This document shows, in pieces, positions 26,500-46,630 of a stretch of 64,000 bases of DNA; position 1 is the first letter of the stretch, and each line of letters opens with the position of its first letter. Made by a program: the position numbers and the translations under genes. Under the pieces are notes generated by a model, which searched no databases, was not told the DNA's origin, and saw only the letters and a list, made by a program, of their open reading frames with translations. The stretch comes from Yuukianura sp. NJ FZ-2021 (taxonomy: Eukaryota). The stretch covers positions 8,928,001 through 8,992,000 of the forward strand of contig CM102283.1 of the NCBI GenBank assembly GCA_046563655.1, written 5' to 3'.

Positions 26500-27967
26500 T
26501 CATCCATTGTTGTTGTTTCCGACGGTTTTCATTTCAGCATCCACTTGTGTTAGCGTGACAGAGTAATTGAGCATCTTAGACCGTGTTCTACTGTAACTAT
26601 TATCAAAACTTAAAATATATTTTCCCACACGATCCAGTCGAAAGTTTCCTTCTTGTTTTTCCAGATGAGAATTGACACGCTGATGCTCCAATATGAAATC
26701 CGAATTGCCTTTTTCGCAAACAAATTCAAAGGAAAAACCAATGTCGTATCCCTCCGTACTAAAAGCCCAACGCAGAGATGAATCAAATTTGTCATCAATT
26801 TCATACTCCAGCGTTATGACTTCTCCAGCAGCCACTTTGAGTTGATACCATTCATCACCGTATTCGTCACTTGTCGAAGCATGTTTACGCATGAAGTACT
26901 TTGGTAGAGGTTCGTGTAGCCAAGCCTCTGAGCAGAATTCATCCGTTCCCGGTTTAGTTCCTCCCCAATATGGCGGGATTTGATCTGGAGCAATCAATTT
27001 AAAAAGTCCCTCCTTCCATTTCCTTTGATCTGAATTGTAAATTGTGACTTTTGAAAGAGTGCGGGAATGGAGTAAGGGCTTGATTAAGGCAAATAGTACG
27101 TTGAAAATTTTCGGAGCATTGATGACCACGGCGTACTTGAGAACTTCTGGGAAATTGGCTAAATTGACAAAGAAAACGAAACAAAAAATACTTAGTGAAC
27201 AAAATTTACAATAGCGTGAGGTTTCTGTTGAGCCATTTCGAAATGATGTAGATCTATACAAAAAACTGAGAATTGACAACACGATTCATTAATTATTGTG
27301 CACGTTAATGGAAAAACTTCTTGTTGCATGAGCATTACAACTTCTTGGCAACAACAAAAAAAAACTTGGCAATTCAACTTGGCAAGACATTTGTAGTATG
27401 TACTACTTTGCATATACTGTGACGTAATGTTCTAAAATTATTTGTTTGAAGCAAAATTTTACCTTCAAAAATTCGCAGTACTTCCAGTATTCCTTGGACG
27501 ACCGTGCGATGAGCAATTTGTGTATAGCCGAAACCATTGAAATCAAAGATCGTTATTCCCTGGTAAACTCCTGCAGCATGACAAGCACTCACAACAGTCT
27601 CCAAGTACAAGTAGATGAATCTCAGGGCTGGAACGATGTCGCCATTTTCAATGGCTGCTCTCAACTCCCAGCGACCAATCGGAAGTATAAATACTGGAGC
27701 TCCCTCCATGTCACTTCCAGCACGAAGTATTGGAAAGAAGCACTTTGGTGGAATCCAGTTCTTGAGCTGATCAATTTCATTGTTCTTGCGCCAAATCAAA
27801 TGTCTCCGCAGCATTTGCTCGGCTCTGTCCACATCCAAGTCCCGGGCTCTTAGCCATGACACTAAAACTCCATCCGATGGATTGTAAATATGGCCGACTC
27901 TACGGCGGAATTCTTTGAGCTTAAAAGTTTCTTCCTTTGTGAACGACATGACGGATCCTGTCTCCAT
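26500..27967 (-). CDS. SEC14-like lipid-binding protein (CRAL-TRIO + GOLD); exons 27967-27463, 27158-26500
   Basis: WLRARDLDVDRAEQMLR, FE|ANFPEVLK.AVVINAPKIF, DQIPPYWGG, LRWAFSTEGYDIGF, YILSFDNSYSRTRSK. Confidence 0.92.
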
Positions 27968-30279
27968 GGGTTCTCAAGTACAACTAGTTGCTCAGTTGCC
28001 TTGACTTGGTCGTTTATAATCGTAAGACTAACTATTATTACGGTCTGACAGAGAAGGACAATGCAATAGGACTGTATGTTTCTAAGGGGGCTTTGATTGG
28101 TCACAGTCCTACATGCGCGCAGGGGCATGTGGTTGGTCATATCATAAATGCGCAGAACATGTCCTTGTGCCATGCGTTTTTTTTTCTGAAAATGCAATGT
28201 CAATCCAGATATACTTTGAGAAAAGGAGTTATATAACGTTCTACAGTTTCTCTTTCCTTAAAAACTGGTTTGGAACTTGATTACTGTCATTATGGTATTC
28301 ATTAAGGTTAAAAGAATTACATGGTACAGTGTGGGCATGAAATAGATGTTAGCAATGACAGGATTCGACTGTGATGTAATTCAGATTGGGTATAAATCAA
28401 GAGATAATTTACTGTTTTATGTTCAAGACAATTCCCATTTTACTCAATTCTGCTCGTGCTACTTTTCGCACGGTTTTCAAACTGCATTTTGGTATCGTCC
28501 GTGGCCATCTCTCTACTTTTTCCCACTTCCGTTTTTAGCAATCAAGATTTCCCACCCTTTAGGCAGGAATGCTGCGGACAAGAAATTAAAAAAAGCGGTG
28601 TTAACGAACTCAAAGTGGCATTAATTTCTCACTGTTTGCGTTTCTTTTGCATGATTCAGCCAAGACTCGGGAAGTCAAATTAGTTTGTCCCATTTTTTTT
28701 TATAACATCCGTTAACTCATGAACTTCCGGCGTACTTAAACAGACGATGCTTCCGAAGGTTCACAAAGTTTAAAAAAAGAATGGATTTTTCCAGTAAATA
28801 TTTTTTTCAAAATCTAATATGTAATTTTGTTCACACAATTCTGTCTGTCACGCTAGCTCATTATGAAATTCAAGTGTTTTTTTTAGAGTACTTAGTCTGC
28901 ATTTATAACTTTTTTTTTCGAATTGGCAAAAAATAAAAAAACTTTGCTCGATGATGATGCCAGCTTTATAACATAAAGTTCGGACTCCTTCCGTTACGAT
29001 TCTTTTCATTGTAACTTTTTATCATGTATGTGTTTGTGTGACATACTGAAGAGTTTCAGGGTCACTGTTTTTACTTCTGGATATAAAATCGACAACGCAT
29101 CGTCACTATTTACTCGCACTTGACAATAGCTTTTGAAGTGGTAGAAAAATACAAAGATAACTTCATCTTTTGTCATACTAACGTCTGAAAGCCGTTTCTG
29201 TTATTGGTGGACACTAAAATCAGTGGCCTTGGACTTTTGCAAGGTCACGAGATGATGTAAAGATGACCAACATTATTTTTCCCTGAGGCAGTTTGGATTC
29301 CCGATAATTCCTCATCTCTGGCACTCCTCTTTATCCAGTTCAACAATTCGTGCGTTAGCGTCACCATTTACGTGAAACAAGTTAATTGACAATTTGGAGG
29401 ACACGGAAGTTAATTGCACAAGGAAAATGGAATCTGGAAAATATTAACAAAATTCCAATTTAGAAACGCGTCATCTCAGTCGTAATTTTTGGTTCCGTGT
29501 TGGGCGGGGTGAGTGAGATTTTCATTTTTTTGAAAATTCAAAAAAGTACACGAAAAATGTAGGTGATAAAAATCAGCTGTCCGATGTGTAAACAAAGATC
29601 AAATGTCAAACTACGTAAACAAATGAAGAGTGCCGGTATTGTAGTAATAATACAATCAGTTTAATTGACTAATTAAATTATTTTTAACTGAAGCACTAGG
29701 GTGTTAACTGCCGCGAAAAGGATATAAAGTTTAGATTGTGCAAAAGGGGGAATACATGGGTGAGTTTTAAGTTTTCTGAGAGGTCTGGAGAAAAATTATC
29801 GGCTTGAAGTCTTTTAAGAGTGTGGTAACATACTGAGAAGTGTTAATTGGCTTAACTAATCTTAACTATTTTATTGTATTGCAGGAAAGTCAATTCAGGA
29901 AAAGTCTGACCTACGAGTATTACAACACAAGTCACACATACTACGGCAACGGCACTATCACGAGGAGCGACTGCTTTGAAGTGCGGGAGTAGCCAGGCCA
30001 GGCCAGGCCCAATTCACTCTCTTTTTGTTTATGATAACAATTCACTTAAGTGTTGAAGCAATCTAATCGCGCCTCGTGTTTACTTTGGCATTGTTCTCTA
30101 TCTTATAGTTCGACTGAACTGGATGTTCTCCACAAAATACTCCACAACTCAAACTCAAATGGCCTTCGGAGTTTTTGTGTGAAAGTGACATGGAATCTAC
30201 AGTAACGTTGTAACGACACAATTTGTTCAAATTACGTAATACTTGGAGGACACGTCGGGACACAAAATCCTACAACATT

Positions 30280-36792
<6,513 letters not shown>

Positions 36793-37344
36793 AACTTTTA
36801 ATTAATTACAATGAGTTACAGCTGATTCTAATGACAATAGCACAATTTCGTGTAAAAGAATTTACTTATTTTTAAATAAATGTGTTTTCATGATTCTTTC
36901 GTGCATGCTAGTTATATATATTCAAGATAGATGATAGATTTGTCAAGAAAGTTTTCCACGCCATTTTAATTTTTCGCGCCTCATGTGTGCAACAACGTGC
37001 TCGCATGTTAGTTGTTACATTCACGCATGAGCAAAGTCGAATGTCTCGGAGCAGATTACAACAAAAAAGAGACTCCGCCCCTGTCGTTCTTCAGTTTCGA
37101 ATGAAAGAAGATCCTCGGATATCCGATTCCTCCCTCAGACCTCTCTCCCGCCGGACTACACATCCCGGACTACACTTGCTGAACTTTGCTCTTTCTTTTC
37201 TGTTTCGATTTGTACTTTGCAGTGAGCTGAACAACACTATCAGTTTCCGTAAGTTAATTGATTTACATTAGTTATTTTACCAGTTTGGATATCATAAGAT
37301 CAGATACTGTTTTGTTTCTAGACTTTGATTGCAAGATAAAGAAA

Positions 37345-37708
37345 ATGTCGGCCGCATCTGTGATTACTGGAACTGACAATGGAGATGTAGCGGTTGGTAA
37401 GTTCAGTTTGACATTGTAAACGAAATACTGATTACTGTAGTGCTGTTCAAATAGCACCTAAGTACCGGAAGCCGAACAGGACGATTACCAAATGGACTTA
37501 AATTGATTCACTTTCTTTGTTGACAGAGACGACGATGGAGGCAACGATGAAAGTTGTGTTTGAAGGTACTAAGACAAAGACTCACACTGAAGCATGCCAG
37601 AATAATCACAAAGAAGTATGTGAAAACGATACTGCAACGGCTGTCAATGACTGTATCAATGACTTGCTGGGGAAAATTGAAGCCGGTCTTGAAGAAGATG
37701 ACAACTGA
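37345..37708 (+). CDS. Possible small acidic protein (about 78 aa, 2 coding exons)
   Basis: MSAASVITGTDNGDVAV then gtaagt; ttgacag acceptor in phase with ETTMEATMKV...INDLLGKIEAGLEEDDN*; an upstream UTR intron at about 37249-37321. Confidence 0.4.
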
Positions 37709-37784
37709 TTATCCAAAAGACTGCATCAAAGACTTCCACTGCCGATATCGTACTGAATTTAGTAAGAGTTTTTATTTGTATGAA

Positions 37785-40700
37785 TTAGAATTTAGTACAC
37801 TCAATTGATTTCCCCTTGTACTGGCACACTTTACTGTCCCCTTCAATTGGATTCTGGCAATTGGCTTCATCACAGTTGTATGCATTTCCTTTCCAGGGAC
37901 TGGACGAGAACAGACGTCTGCTGTGCCTCAAACTGGCCAATCTACAAAGTTCCAATCAACTTTAACTTTACTTCTTTATATTGTTACTTTTCCAAAAAAT
38001 TATTTCAATTAATTGATATTTACGTTTAGCTAAAATTAGTTTACCTTCTGAATGTCTTTGTCATAACGTTATCTTCGAATTGGAATGCAGTAAAGGCAAG
38101 TGATTTGCTCAATTTCCTAACTTCGTTGATTGCCGTCTTACGATGTGGTGGAAGTAACATTGTCGCTATGTGTTGCAGGACCTTGTTGGACGGAAGATTT
38201 TTGTAGAATTAGTTGATTAATCATAACTCTTGGTTAATTAAACTTACGATAAACTTTTGGAGTCTAACAAGAGCATGGATGATGTTACCGGGAGCGACTT
38301 CCCACTGACTGAAGTATCCCAGTGACGTAAAAATTAGGATAGGCACAGTATAGGGCCCTGAAATCACTCAGTTGTTAATTCCTAAGTCGATTAGTTTAGT
38401 TGATTAACCGATTAATCGCATTACCAGGGCACAGTGGATCTTCAAAGTCATACATGCCCAAGGGTGTGGCCAGCTCCGAATGAAATGCCAGGTTAAGTGC
38501 ATCGGTGTCAGGTTCAGTTGGATTATGAATTCGTTTTAGCGTTTGGTGACCGCTGATTGGTCCAGCTGATGTTGATGTGGTCGGCATCGTTCGAATCTCT
38601 CTCATAACATAACCAGCGGAGTTGATCAGTGGAATTTTAGCTCTCATGATATTGCCTTTGTCTTCATTCCAACCAGCAAATGACAACACCATGTCACTCC
38701 ATAGCCAGCCTCTCTTGGCAGCTGTAGTCAGCGGGACATAAGTTTGGTACTTTTCGTCTGCCATGATTCTAGTCACAGCAACTGCTGATCGGATAGCCAT
38801 TGACTCAAACAGTTTACGTTCCGTCACTTGTTCCAGAAAGTGTGACTGAATTAGACTTGAATTGTAGAGACATTCCATGAACTTTTGAGCTCGGCGACTG
38901 AGTCGGCCGATCTCGGAGTTCCGAAGTTGCCACAGCCACTGCAGTAGTCGATGGGTGGCAGCCGTTTCAGGCTCTTCCAGGGCCAAAGCCGTTTCAGTAT
39001 CTGGATCCATAGAGTGGACGTCAGTATGATACTTGCAGATATCCGAAGCACCGCGGAAGCTTAACTTGGACACTCTACTACTGCTCTTGGCCACGGCTGG
39101 TTTCACGGTGGACCCTTCGCTGAAACTAGCTGAAGTCCGGAGGCCCTTGAAACTGAATCCAACTGATCGCTTTCGCTTGACTTTCAAAGATTCTTGTTGC
39201 TTCCGACCAAGATGTCCTTCGGATCGCATCTGATGCAGTGCAATTCTCAGGATGTCGCCAATAATTTCCCAAGCTGGAAGTCTTTGTCTTTGAATGTCCC
39301 GTTTGGTGGTCATTGTACACTTCGACAGTACTTGAAGTATCATGGATATGGACTGGATCTGTCTTGGTGAGAAAGTGTGAGGGCAGATATGCTTGGGACG
39401 TGGGATTTCGTTGATAACTTGTGTCCAAGCTAGGATAAGTTCTCCTTGCGATCCAAGTACTCGACGACAATTGTCCAAGTGAGTTATAAGTTCTTTGTTG
39501 GACAAGTAGTTTGACGGTGATATTTCATTTAACAGCTGAAAAATTGTTGTGTAGACGGAATCTTTCGACTCGCAAGCTTCGTTGACTACACCTAAAAGTG
39601 ACAGTACTTTAGTAAATTGAAGGTAATTGATTAACTAATGAAGCTAATTTGTCTACATTTATCTTAAGTGTAACCTCTAGATGTTCCTGGACGATTAGAG
39701 TTGTCGGCAAACGCAACGGAACTGGCAAAAACGTCGTCCATCTCCATTTCTTCAACGGACGAATCCCGACATCTGATTTGTTCCCGCCTTTGCTGGTTTA
39801 CCATCCCAACAAATCCCGCAGCAATGTCAGTCATTGACCGATTAGTTTTGGTTTTGAGTGGTGACATGTCACGGTCATGGACACCCACGGTGCCCATACT
39901 TAGTCTTCTCAGGATAGTAGTCCCTATATATTTCGAAAGTGATCGTGACTGTCTCGGTAGCTCCTCCCTCGACGAACCAATTGTCGAATCCAACGTAGAC
40001 TTTCTTCGAGGCGGTCCAAATTTGTTATTTTCGTCCCTGTCAGCTACACTGAGTTCTTCAAAATGCAAACCGAATTCGTCATCTTCATCTTGATCAAGAT
40101 GAACTTGGTTTCCTGGTGGGACAGAAGCAGAACGGACAGAATCGACATGTTCCAATCCAGTGTCATCTTCATCTAGTTCTCCGAATTGCTGGCCTTGCGG
40201 TTTCCACAAATTCCGTAAAACGTTTCGTTTTGTGAAATAATCGTAGTGGAGGCCCTTGTCATATGATTGGACAGCTTCAGCCAGCAGATCGGTAAACCGG
40301 GTCGAAAACTGTTTCGGTTCCCAGTCGGTTATGTCCGGTAACTGTTCCAGTTCGTGTAAGAAACTGCTCATGACAAAGTCAATTGTCAGTGACTGTACTC
40401 CGACGTTTTGATGAAGTTCGGCTATGTCTTCTACGCCAATCAGAAAGCAGGAATTCAAATTTTCCCAGAAGTTGGTAGGGTTGAGACAAAATGTGCCGTA
40501 GAGCTTGAACACTCGTCCGACGATACTGCTCGGATGAAATCCAAAGATGATGTGAGATTCTGCCGGCCAAAACTGAATTGTCCACAGGGTTTCATAATTG
40601 GTTGGCATTAGAAAGCATCCCTGTGGAAAAAAAATCAGAATTTTAAGTTTTCAGAAATTTTGAACTTTTTTTGAAAATGTTACCCTTAGCAGAGATTCGC

Positions 40701-41674
40701 CAATTGTGAGGATGGACGGATGATAAAGTGGAATCCGCTCTAAAATTGAAACGTGAATTTTCGGATATCCGCGGTCTAAAAACAGAGCCGGACGGACAAT
40801 GGCTTCCGTTCCGTCCAATTCAATTACAAGGATGGAACTTTCGTGATTAACTTGCAATTTGCATCTTGACTTTTTCTTTAAACTTAGCTTAACTTCTGCC
40901 TGAGTTAGTTTAAAAATTTTAGGAACTTCTGGATTGATTTTGACTGAATACAGAAGATGAGCTCCGATTAATTGTACTTGATCAACATCTTTATTTCGTG
41001 CCGCCTCTCGCTCAATTTCTATTCCAAAACTCTTGACAAACGCTGCTGAAAATCGTTGAAAAATTTCATGGCTAGAAACACAAAATTTGAAAAACAAAAT
41101 TTCCAAAATTCATTTTCTTAAAATTTTTTCGAAAATTTTATGAAATTTGATCACCTCCCATACACTCTTTCATGATTCGCGCCGTTTCCATTCACACTGG
41201 CTTTTCGGCTGGCAGATGCTGTCGGTTCTGTACCGTCTTCAGTACCGTCACGCCTAAAAATTTCGGTGTGACCCAATTGGATTTTGATTGGTTTGCCATC
41301 GACTGACACCGAATCGGATTCAGAAACGGATGCATTCGGTGTCGAAACGGTAAAATCCAAAGTTTCCAAAATTATTGCGTATTCGTTTTTATTGAAGTAA
41401 GGAACCTGAAAAAAACGAAACGTGAAACTTTGAAAGTAAAAAAGTAAAAATTTCCATTGAAATGAAAACGTACCGTGTATGGTGGAAGTCTCCTGACAAT
41501 GAACTTGGCTTGGAACGCTGGATAATTTTCGTTCAGTTCCTCGCAAATTCCAGCTAAAAGTTGTTCGATGACGTTTAAATTTTCAACTGCTTGCCGCCCA
41601 ACATCTTCAGACTCAAAACCTTTCTCAAGTATCAACAGCGTGTCAGTGTTAATTGGTAACTTGTTAGTAGCCAT
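37785..41674 (-). CDS. Large multi-exon protein with a Mab-21-like helical domain
   Basis: In-phase exons from MATNKLP to ...SIECTKF*; contains LWTIQFWPAESHII and FLHELEQLPDITDWEPKQFSTRFTDLLAEAVQSYDKGLHYDYFTKRNVL, resembling the Mab-21 C-terminal pattern (from memory). Confidence 0.7.
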
Positions 41675-42074
41675 ATTTCAAAAATTCAAATTTTTCAAAA
41701 TTTTCAAAATTTTTGAAACTACAGCACAAGGGAATGCACTTTGAGTAAACTCTGGATGTTCAGGCCGAGTACTACAAAAAGTTCTTTTCTAATTCTGCGG
41801 ATTTTAAAAATTTCAACCTGAAATTTAACACTAAATGAAAAAAAAATGGGAGGCAGAATTTCTCTTGGTTGTTCAATTGGAACAAATACACGAAATAGGC
41901 AAAGTGTTGGGTTCCAACATACTAATTTTCTGACTCAAAAACATGACACAAAGGAATGTTCCAAAAACTAACGTTACTTCTTCCAACTAGAATTTTTAAT
42001 CAACTTTCCAAAATTTGATCTCTGACTCCTCTTCTGCACTACTAAAATTTTGCATCTCTCCATGTCAATGTAAT

Positions 42075-43108
42075 TCAATTCCTACGGCATAAAGAGGAAA
42101 CACAGAATCCAGGATATCCGATTCCACGCACAGATGAACACAAAAGCCTAAAAATTAAACCAAAAGGGTTTAGTATTTTAGAATTTGAATAGAACTGTAT
42201 AGTCTCTAGAATTTTGAAGTTTAGCATTCACTGTCTAGTTGACATTGGGATAGGGGAGCAGAAGGGATCAACCACTTGCTCACAAGCATCAGCATCAGCA
42301 TCCTGTGCTTTTTGTTGAAAAGGCGGAACACATTTTTACCGGAAATTAACTTACAGTTTGACTGAAACTTCGAATTTCCCTGCTTTTTAGTACGAGTGCA
42401 AAACCTTAGTTGAGAAAAGATGCCGCATTCCCACTTTTCGCCTTCGAAGCGCCTTGCTCAAAATTTTGTTCTCGAAATGTATTTTTTATTTGGAAGTTAA
42501 ACAGTTGTACATATTAATTATTTTTTTTAACAATTTAAGTGCTATATGAATTACGCAAATATTTGAATTAGATTCAAGAAACACTGTCTTAGTGTAAATT
42601 TTTTAAACAAACAGGATACCGGATTCTATTTTTGAAATTTTTAAAGCGATAAAGCTGAAAGCTACAAAATTTATTTAAAACATATGCAAAGTATAAGCTA
42701 AAAAAAGTTACGTATTGCTTAAGTCACGTGGAAATGACAGTTAGCCCGATGATGCTTCGTCGAGCAGCACTCCATTTGCTTTAGGTTCGATTCTCGCAGC
42801 GTTCAGTCATAAAAAATATGGCGGCCATTTTGAATTTCCGTTTTTTCAGGCCTACCTAATTGGTTGAACTGGTTTTGGCTGACCATTGGCTGTCTGTTTT
42901 TGTTTCCGCCGTCGCCCTTCTGCAGGTTGGACAGCCTGGATGTTGTTACCGCTGCTACTTTTGATTATTGCTAAATTTTCAAAAAATTAATTCAACTTCA
43001 TTGAACTTTTTAATACGTTTTTTTTGTACACAGAATTCTAATTCAATTTGAAGTTAACTTACTGGGTTCTATCAGCATTGAATCAGGAATTGCGTCACCT
43101 GTAGGCAT
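42075..43108 (-). CDS. Possible small 3-exon ORF (43108-43063, 42970-42856, 42147-42075), or 5' UTR exons of the Mab-21-like gene
   Basis: Good splice sites (gtaagt, tttag, gtaggc) join in frame MPTGDAIPDSMLIEP-TIIKSSSGNNIQ...QPI-RLLCSSVRGIGYPGFCVSSLCRRN*; no homology recognised. Confidence 0.3.
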
Positions 43109-44123
43109 TTTCAATTCTGCCGAAATGCTTCAAACTTCATAAAATTTTCCACTAATTTTCACTTTTAATCACAACTTTACTTTTCAATTGTCAGGAACAT
43201 ACTGAAACAGTGATAGTCGCAGAATCTTGTTGTATCGTAAAAAGTTAGTTAATCGCAGAGACTAAGGTAAACATGAACTTGTAAATCAATGATTAGCGCA
43301 GAGCAGCCTCGACAGAGTGTGGTACAAGTTTAGATTAGAAATTAACAAGTTTCAAAAAAGAAGAAAACTGCACAGGATGCTTGCCAAACCAAGTCAAAAA
43401 TAACCAGCCAATGCTAAAAATCTACTGCTTTTTACCTTCAAAATTTTTGCGACTTTTGGTCTTGTGTAAATGAATAAAACTTCGAAAAAGCAATATGGGA
43501 AATGTAAGGCCTATCTGACATATTTCATAAATAAACTTTCTTTTTAAGAAAAAATGGCTTCCATAAGCATGTGTAGCTTGAAGTGTTAAAATTTTCAAAC
43601 ACTTAAAAAGTATAAAATATCGTTTTGGCACTTGAGCAAAAAATCATGCCAAGGGCACAAATGCGGTTGAAAATTTGGTACGGTTGTTGAGGAAAAATTC
43701 GAACTAAAATTTTGGCTCGCAACCAGAAATTCCGTTCCAGAATATGTTATTTTTCAGTGAGGTTTTACGTCATAGTATTTTTATTACTTTGACCTCTGCT
43801 CCAGAACACATTTTCTGAAAAACTTGAAACCGCGATTTTTCAAAAGTGAAATTTTCAAAAAAAAAAAAACTGCATGGAAAATCAAAAGAATTAAAGTGTC
43901 ATGGCAACATTCTAACCCTAGAAAAGTCGCACAGTTTACCACAAAATTTCGACGTTTTTTTTTGAATCACGAAGCAAAAGCCAATTCTTAAAAAAAATGC
44001 CGCCAAGCAAATTCAAAAATTCAACGCTTTCTTGTTGTGTGTGTTTAAATTTTCAGTGATCAAAGTTAAAAATCGTAAAAATTATTCAGAAATTGAAATT
44101 TTAGAGCAAGAAAATTTTGAAAA

Positions 44124-45771
44124 ATGCAACGTCCTAGTCGTACTTCAAGCAAAAGACGTAAAACCAAAACGCGAAAAAGTATATTCAGAAAAGTGGACAT
44201 ACAAGAAGACGAAGAAGGGGAAAAATCGTACAAGTCCAATAGAAAACTAAGCATTGCGACGCGGGAGAAATTGAAACAAAAAAATTTGTCGGCCCTTACG
44301 ATTTACCTGTCTGATTGGCGACTTCAAACTTTTAAGTATCTGCAGATTGTTCCTGATCCAAATGATGAAATTGGTGCCCGCTTGCGCACTCTAACTGATC
44401 TCAACATGTTTCTCTACGTAACCATGCTTGTAAGCAAAAAAACAAAGACTATTTTTTCAAAATTTGAACTTTTTTTTTTAAATTTGTCTCTTTTAGACTC
44501 TCGTGATGCTTAGCATTAACGTTGGAACATTTTTGACACTTTTTGTTCCCGGGTCGCTTGTGGCTACAGAAGCAGATCGATTTTTGCTTCATTTCGCGCC
44601 ATATATTTTCCTAAATATTTGGGTTGTGCCGGGCTTAGCATTTTTTCTGGCCTTCTCGCTCATACTCATTTTGGCATACCATGATCCAAGTAACTGGACA
44701 AAACGATTCTTGTTCCTCGTCCGAATTTTTGTAAGAAAGATTTTTTTTTAAATTTCAAAAATTTTCAACTTTTTCAAAAATTTAGAGTTTACATTTTCTA
44801 GAGATATGGATTGACATTGATCGTGCTGTCGTGCATGGTATGCTTAATTTTTTACTGGATTCGAAATTTAATGCACGTTCGAGAATTTATACGTCCACAA
44901 CTTCAGTCAACCTTTAACCTCTACGTCAACCAATCTGAACACCAGGAAACCGGCATTGAAACAACAACTTGGGAATTGACGCAACACAAGGTAGGTTCAA
45001 AGTATTTGAATTTTTTGAATTTTGAATTTAAATTTTGGCGGGTTTCAGTTTGAATGTTGCGGCGTCGACTCCTTCCAGGACTTTTACAACACTGGCATGG
45101 AGGAAATCGGAGCACAAATTTGCATTGACCAAGATAAGCCGGATTGTACAGAGAAAGAGATGTTTGACTCACCGATTCTCGTAGCAGCATTTCCTATGAT
45201 ATGCTGTGACAATATTGTATTTAAAAAAAATAAAAAAAATTTAAAAAATTTTCGAAAAAATGAAATTTAAAAGTGGCGCTTTCTGTTTGTAGCGATACAA
45301 AGTTTGTCTCACTGCGCCCAGAGCGGAACAGGTTTACCCTGACGGATGTTTGGACAAAACTGTTGCGTGGGTGTCAATTGTGGTTGGACTCATACTGGTC
45401 ATCGGGATCGTCAACGTCACTCTCGGGGTCAGTGACCTCTGACCTCTGACCTCTGACATTTGACCTTTGACCTTTGACCTCTGACCTGTAGTGGTCTAGC
45501 TTTCAAAAGAGATAAAAATGTTAATTTTAGTTTACGTTTGGCCTCGTAGGTGGCGACAACAATCGTTTTTATAAAAATTGACCGTTGCTCTTTTGTGCCA
45601 ACTGGAAAAGTACAACAAGCCAAACCAGTACTGGAAAGTCGAGAAGTGTTGATTCCAATCGTAGAAGAAATCAAAGAGACTGATTCAAATACGAAAAAAG
45701 ATCCTGACCCGCCAAAAGTTGAAAATCCATTTGAATTTGAATTTCCCGGGTCTGGAGCTCATGCACTCTGA
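44124..45771 (+). CDS. Divergent tetraspanin with a long basic N-terminus (6 exons)
   Basis: Four hydrophobic segments; large loop WELTQHK|FECCGVDSFQDF...PMICC...YPDGC. Confidence 0.82.
45433..45487. repeat. (TGACCTY)x8 heptamer array at the start of the last tetraspanin intron
   Basis: tgacctc tgacctc tgacctc tgacatt tgacctt tgacctt tgacctc tgacct. Confidence 0.9.
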
Positions 45772-46630
45772 ACTTTGTCTCAAGCGGCAAGTAAACTTTC
45801 AAGGTTCGCAAGCGCCGCTTGTTGTTTTTAGTTTTCCAATTTTAATTTTTTTCTTGGATTTTTTTAAACTTGAATTTTGTGAAGGCAGTGCTTCCATTGT
45901 TTTAGTTTAAGTACAGCGCGTGCCAATTAAACTTTTTAAAAACGTCACAAAAATTTGTAGTATAACCTTCAGTTGATCTTGGTACATGAAAATTTTTATC
46001 CTCTGCATTAAATTTACTAACATTTATCACGTGTAAATCATGCAATTTGTCAAAATTTTGTACTTTCGCTTCAGCTATATACTAGAAACTCTGGGTTTTG
46101 AATAGAAATTGACAGTTGTATTATAATTTTAAATGAGGTATAAAGCTCATGCAATGCTTTTACATGTCCTTGAATGGTAATCCAAATTGATAAAAGGATA
46201 TGTGACCTCAAAGCGTCCTGCGGCTTCTGGAACGTTTAACTTTCTTGATAAAAGTGTCAGTAAACTTTCAGTATTTGACTGAACAAGGAAGAATTTACGA
46301 ATTCAAAAATCTAAATTCTCGCATTATCCAGTAAATGACTTTAGTCATTTCATAATCCAGTTAATGACTTTTGTCATTTCATAATTTCAAATTCAGGAGG
46401 CGTTTCTCCCGATTTTGAAAAAGTTCCACTTTTGTTGCTGACTGTAATAAGAACTGAGTTAGCAAAACTTGTTTTCCGTGTGCTCACAAACAAATTTTAT
46501 TTTTGTGCCCAATTAGTAATTGTATTCCCTCTTGAATTTCTGGGAATTTGTTATTCATCAATCTGCAAAAGTTTTAGTACAAAGTTCAACTTTTGAAGTG
46601 TTGACAGCATTTTGTATTTTGTTTTTCAAA

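Noticed and set aside
42740-42810. tRNA or SINE candidate around the B-box-like GGTTCGATTC at 42784
   Set aside because: No cloverleaf, weak A box, no tail or TSD.
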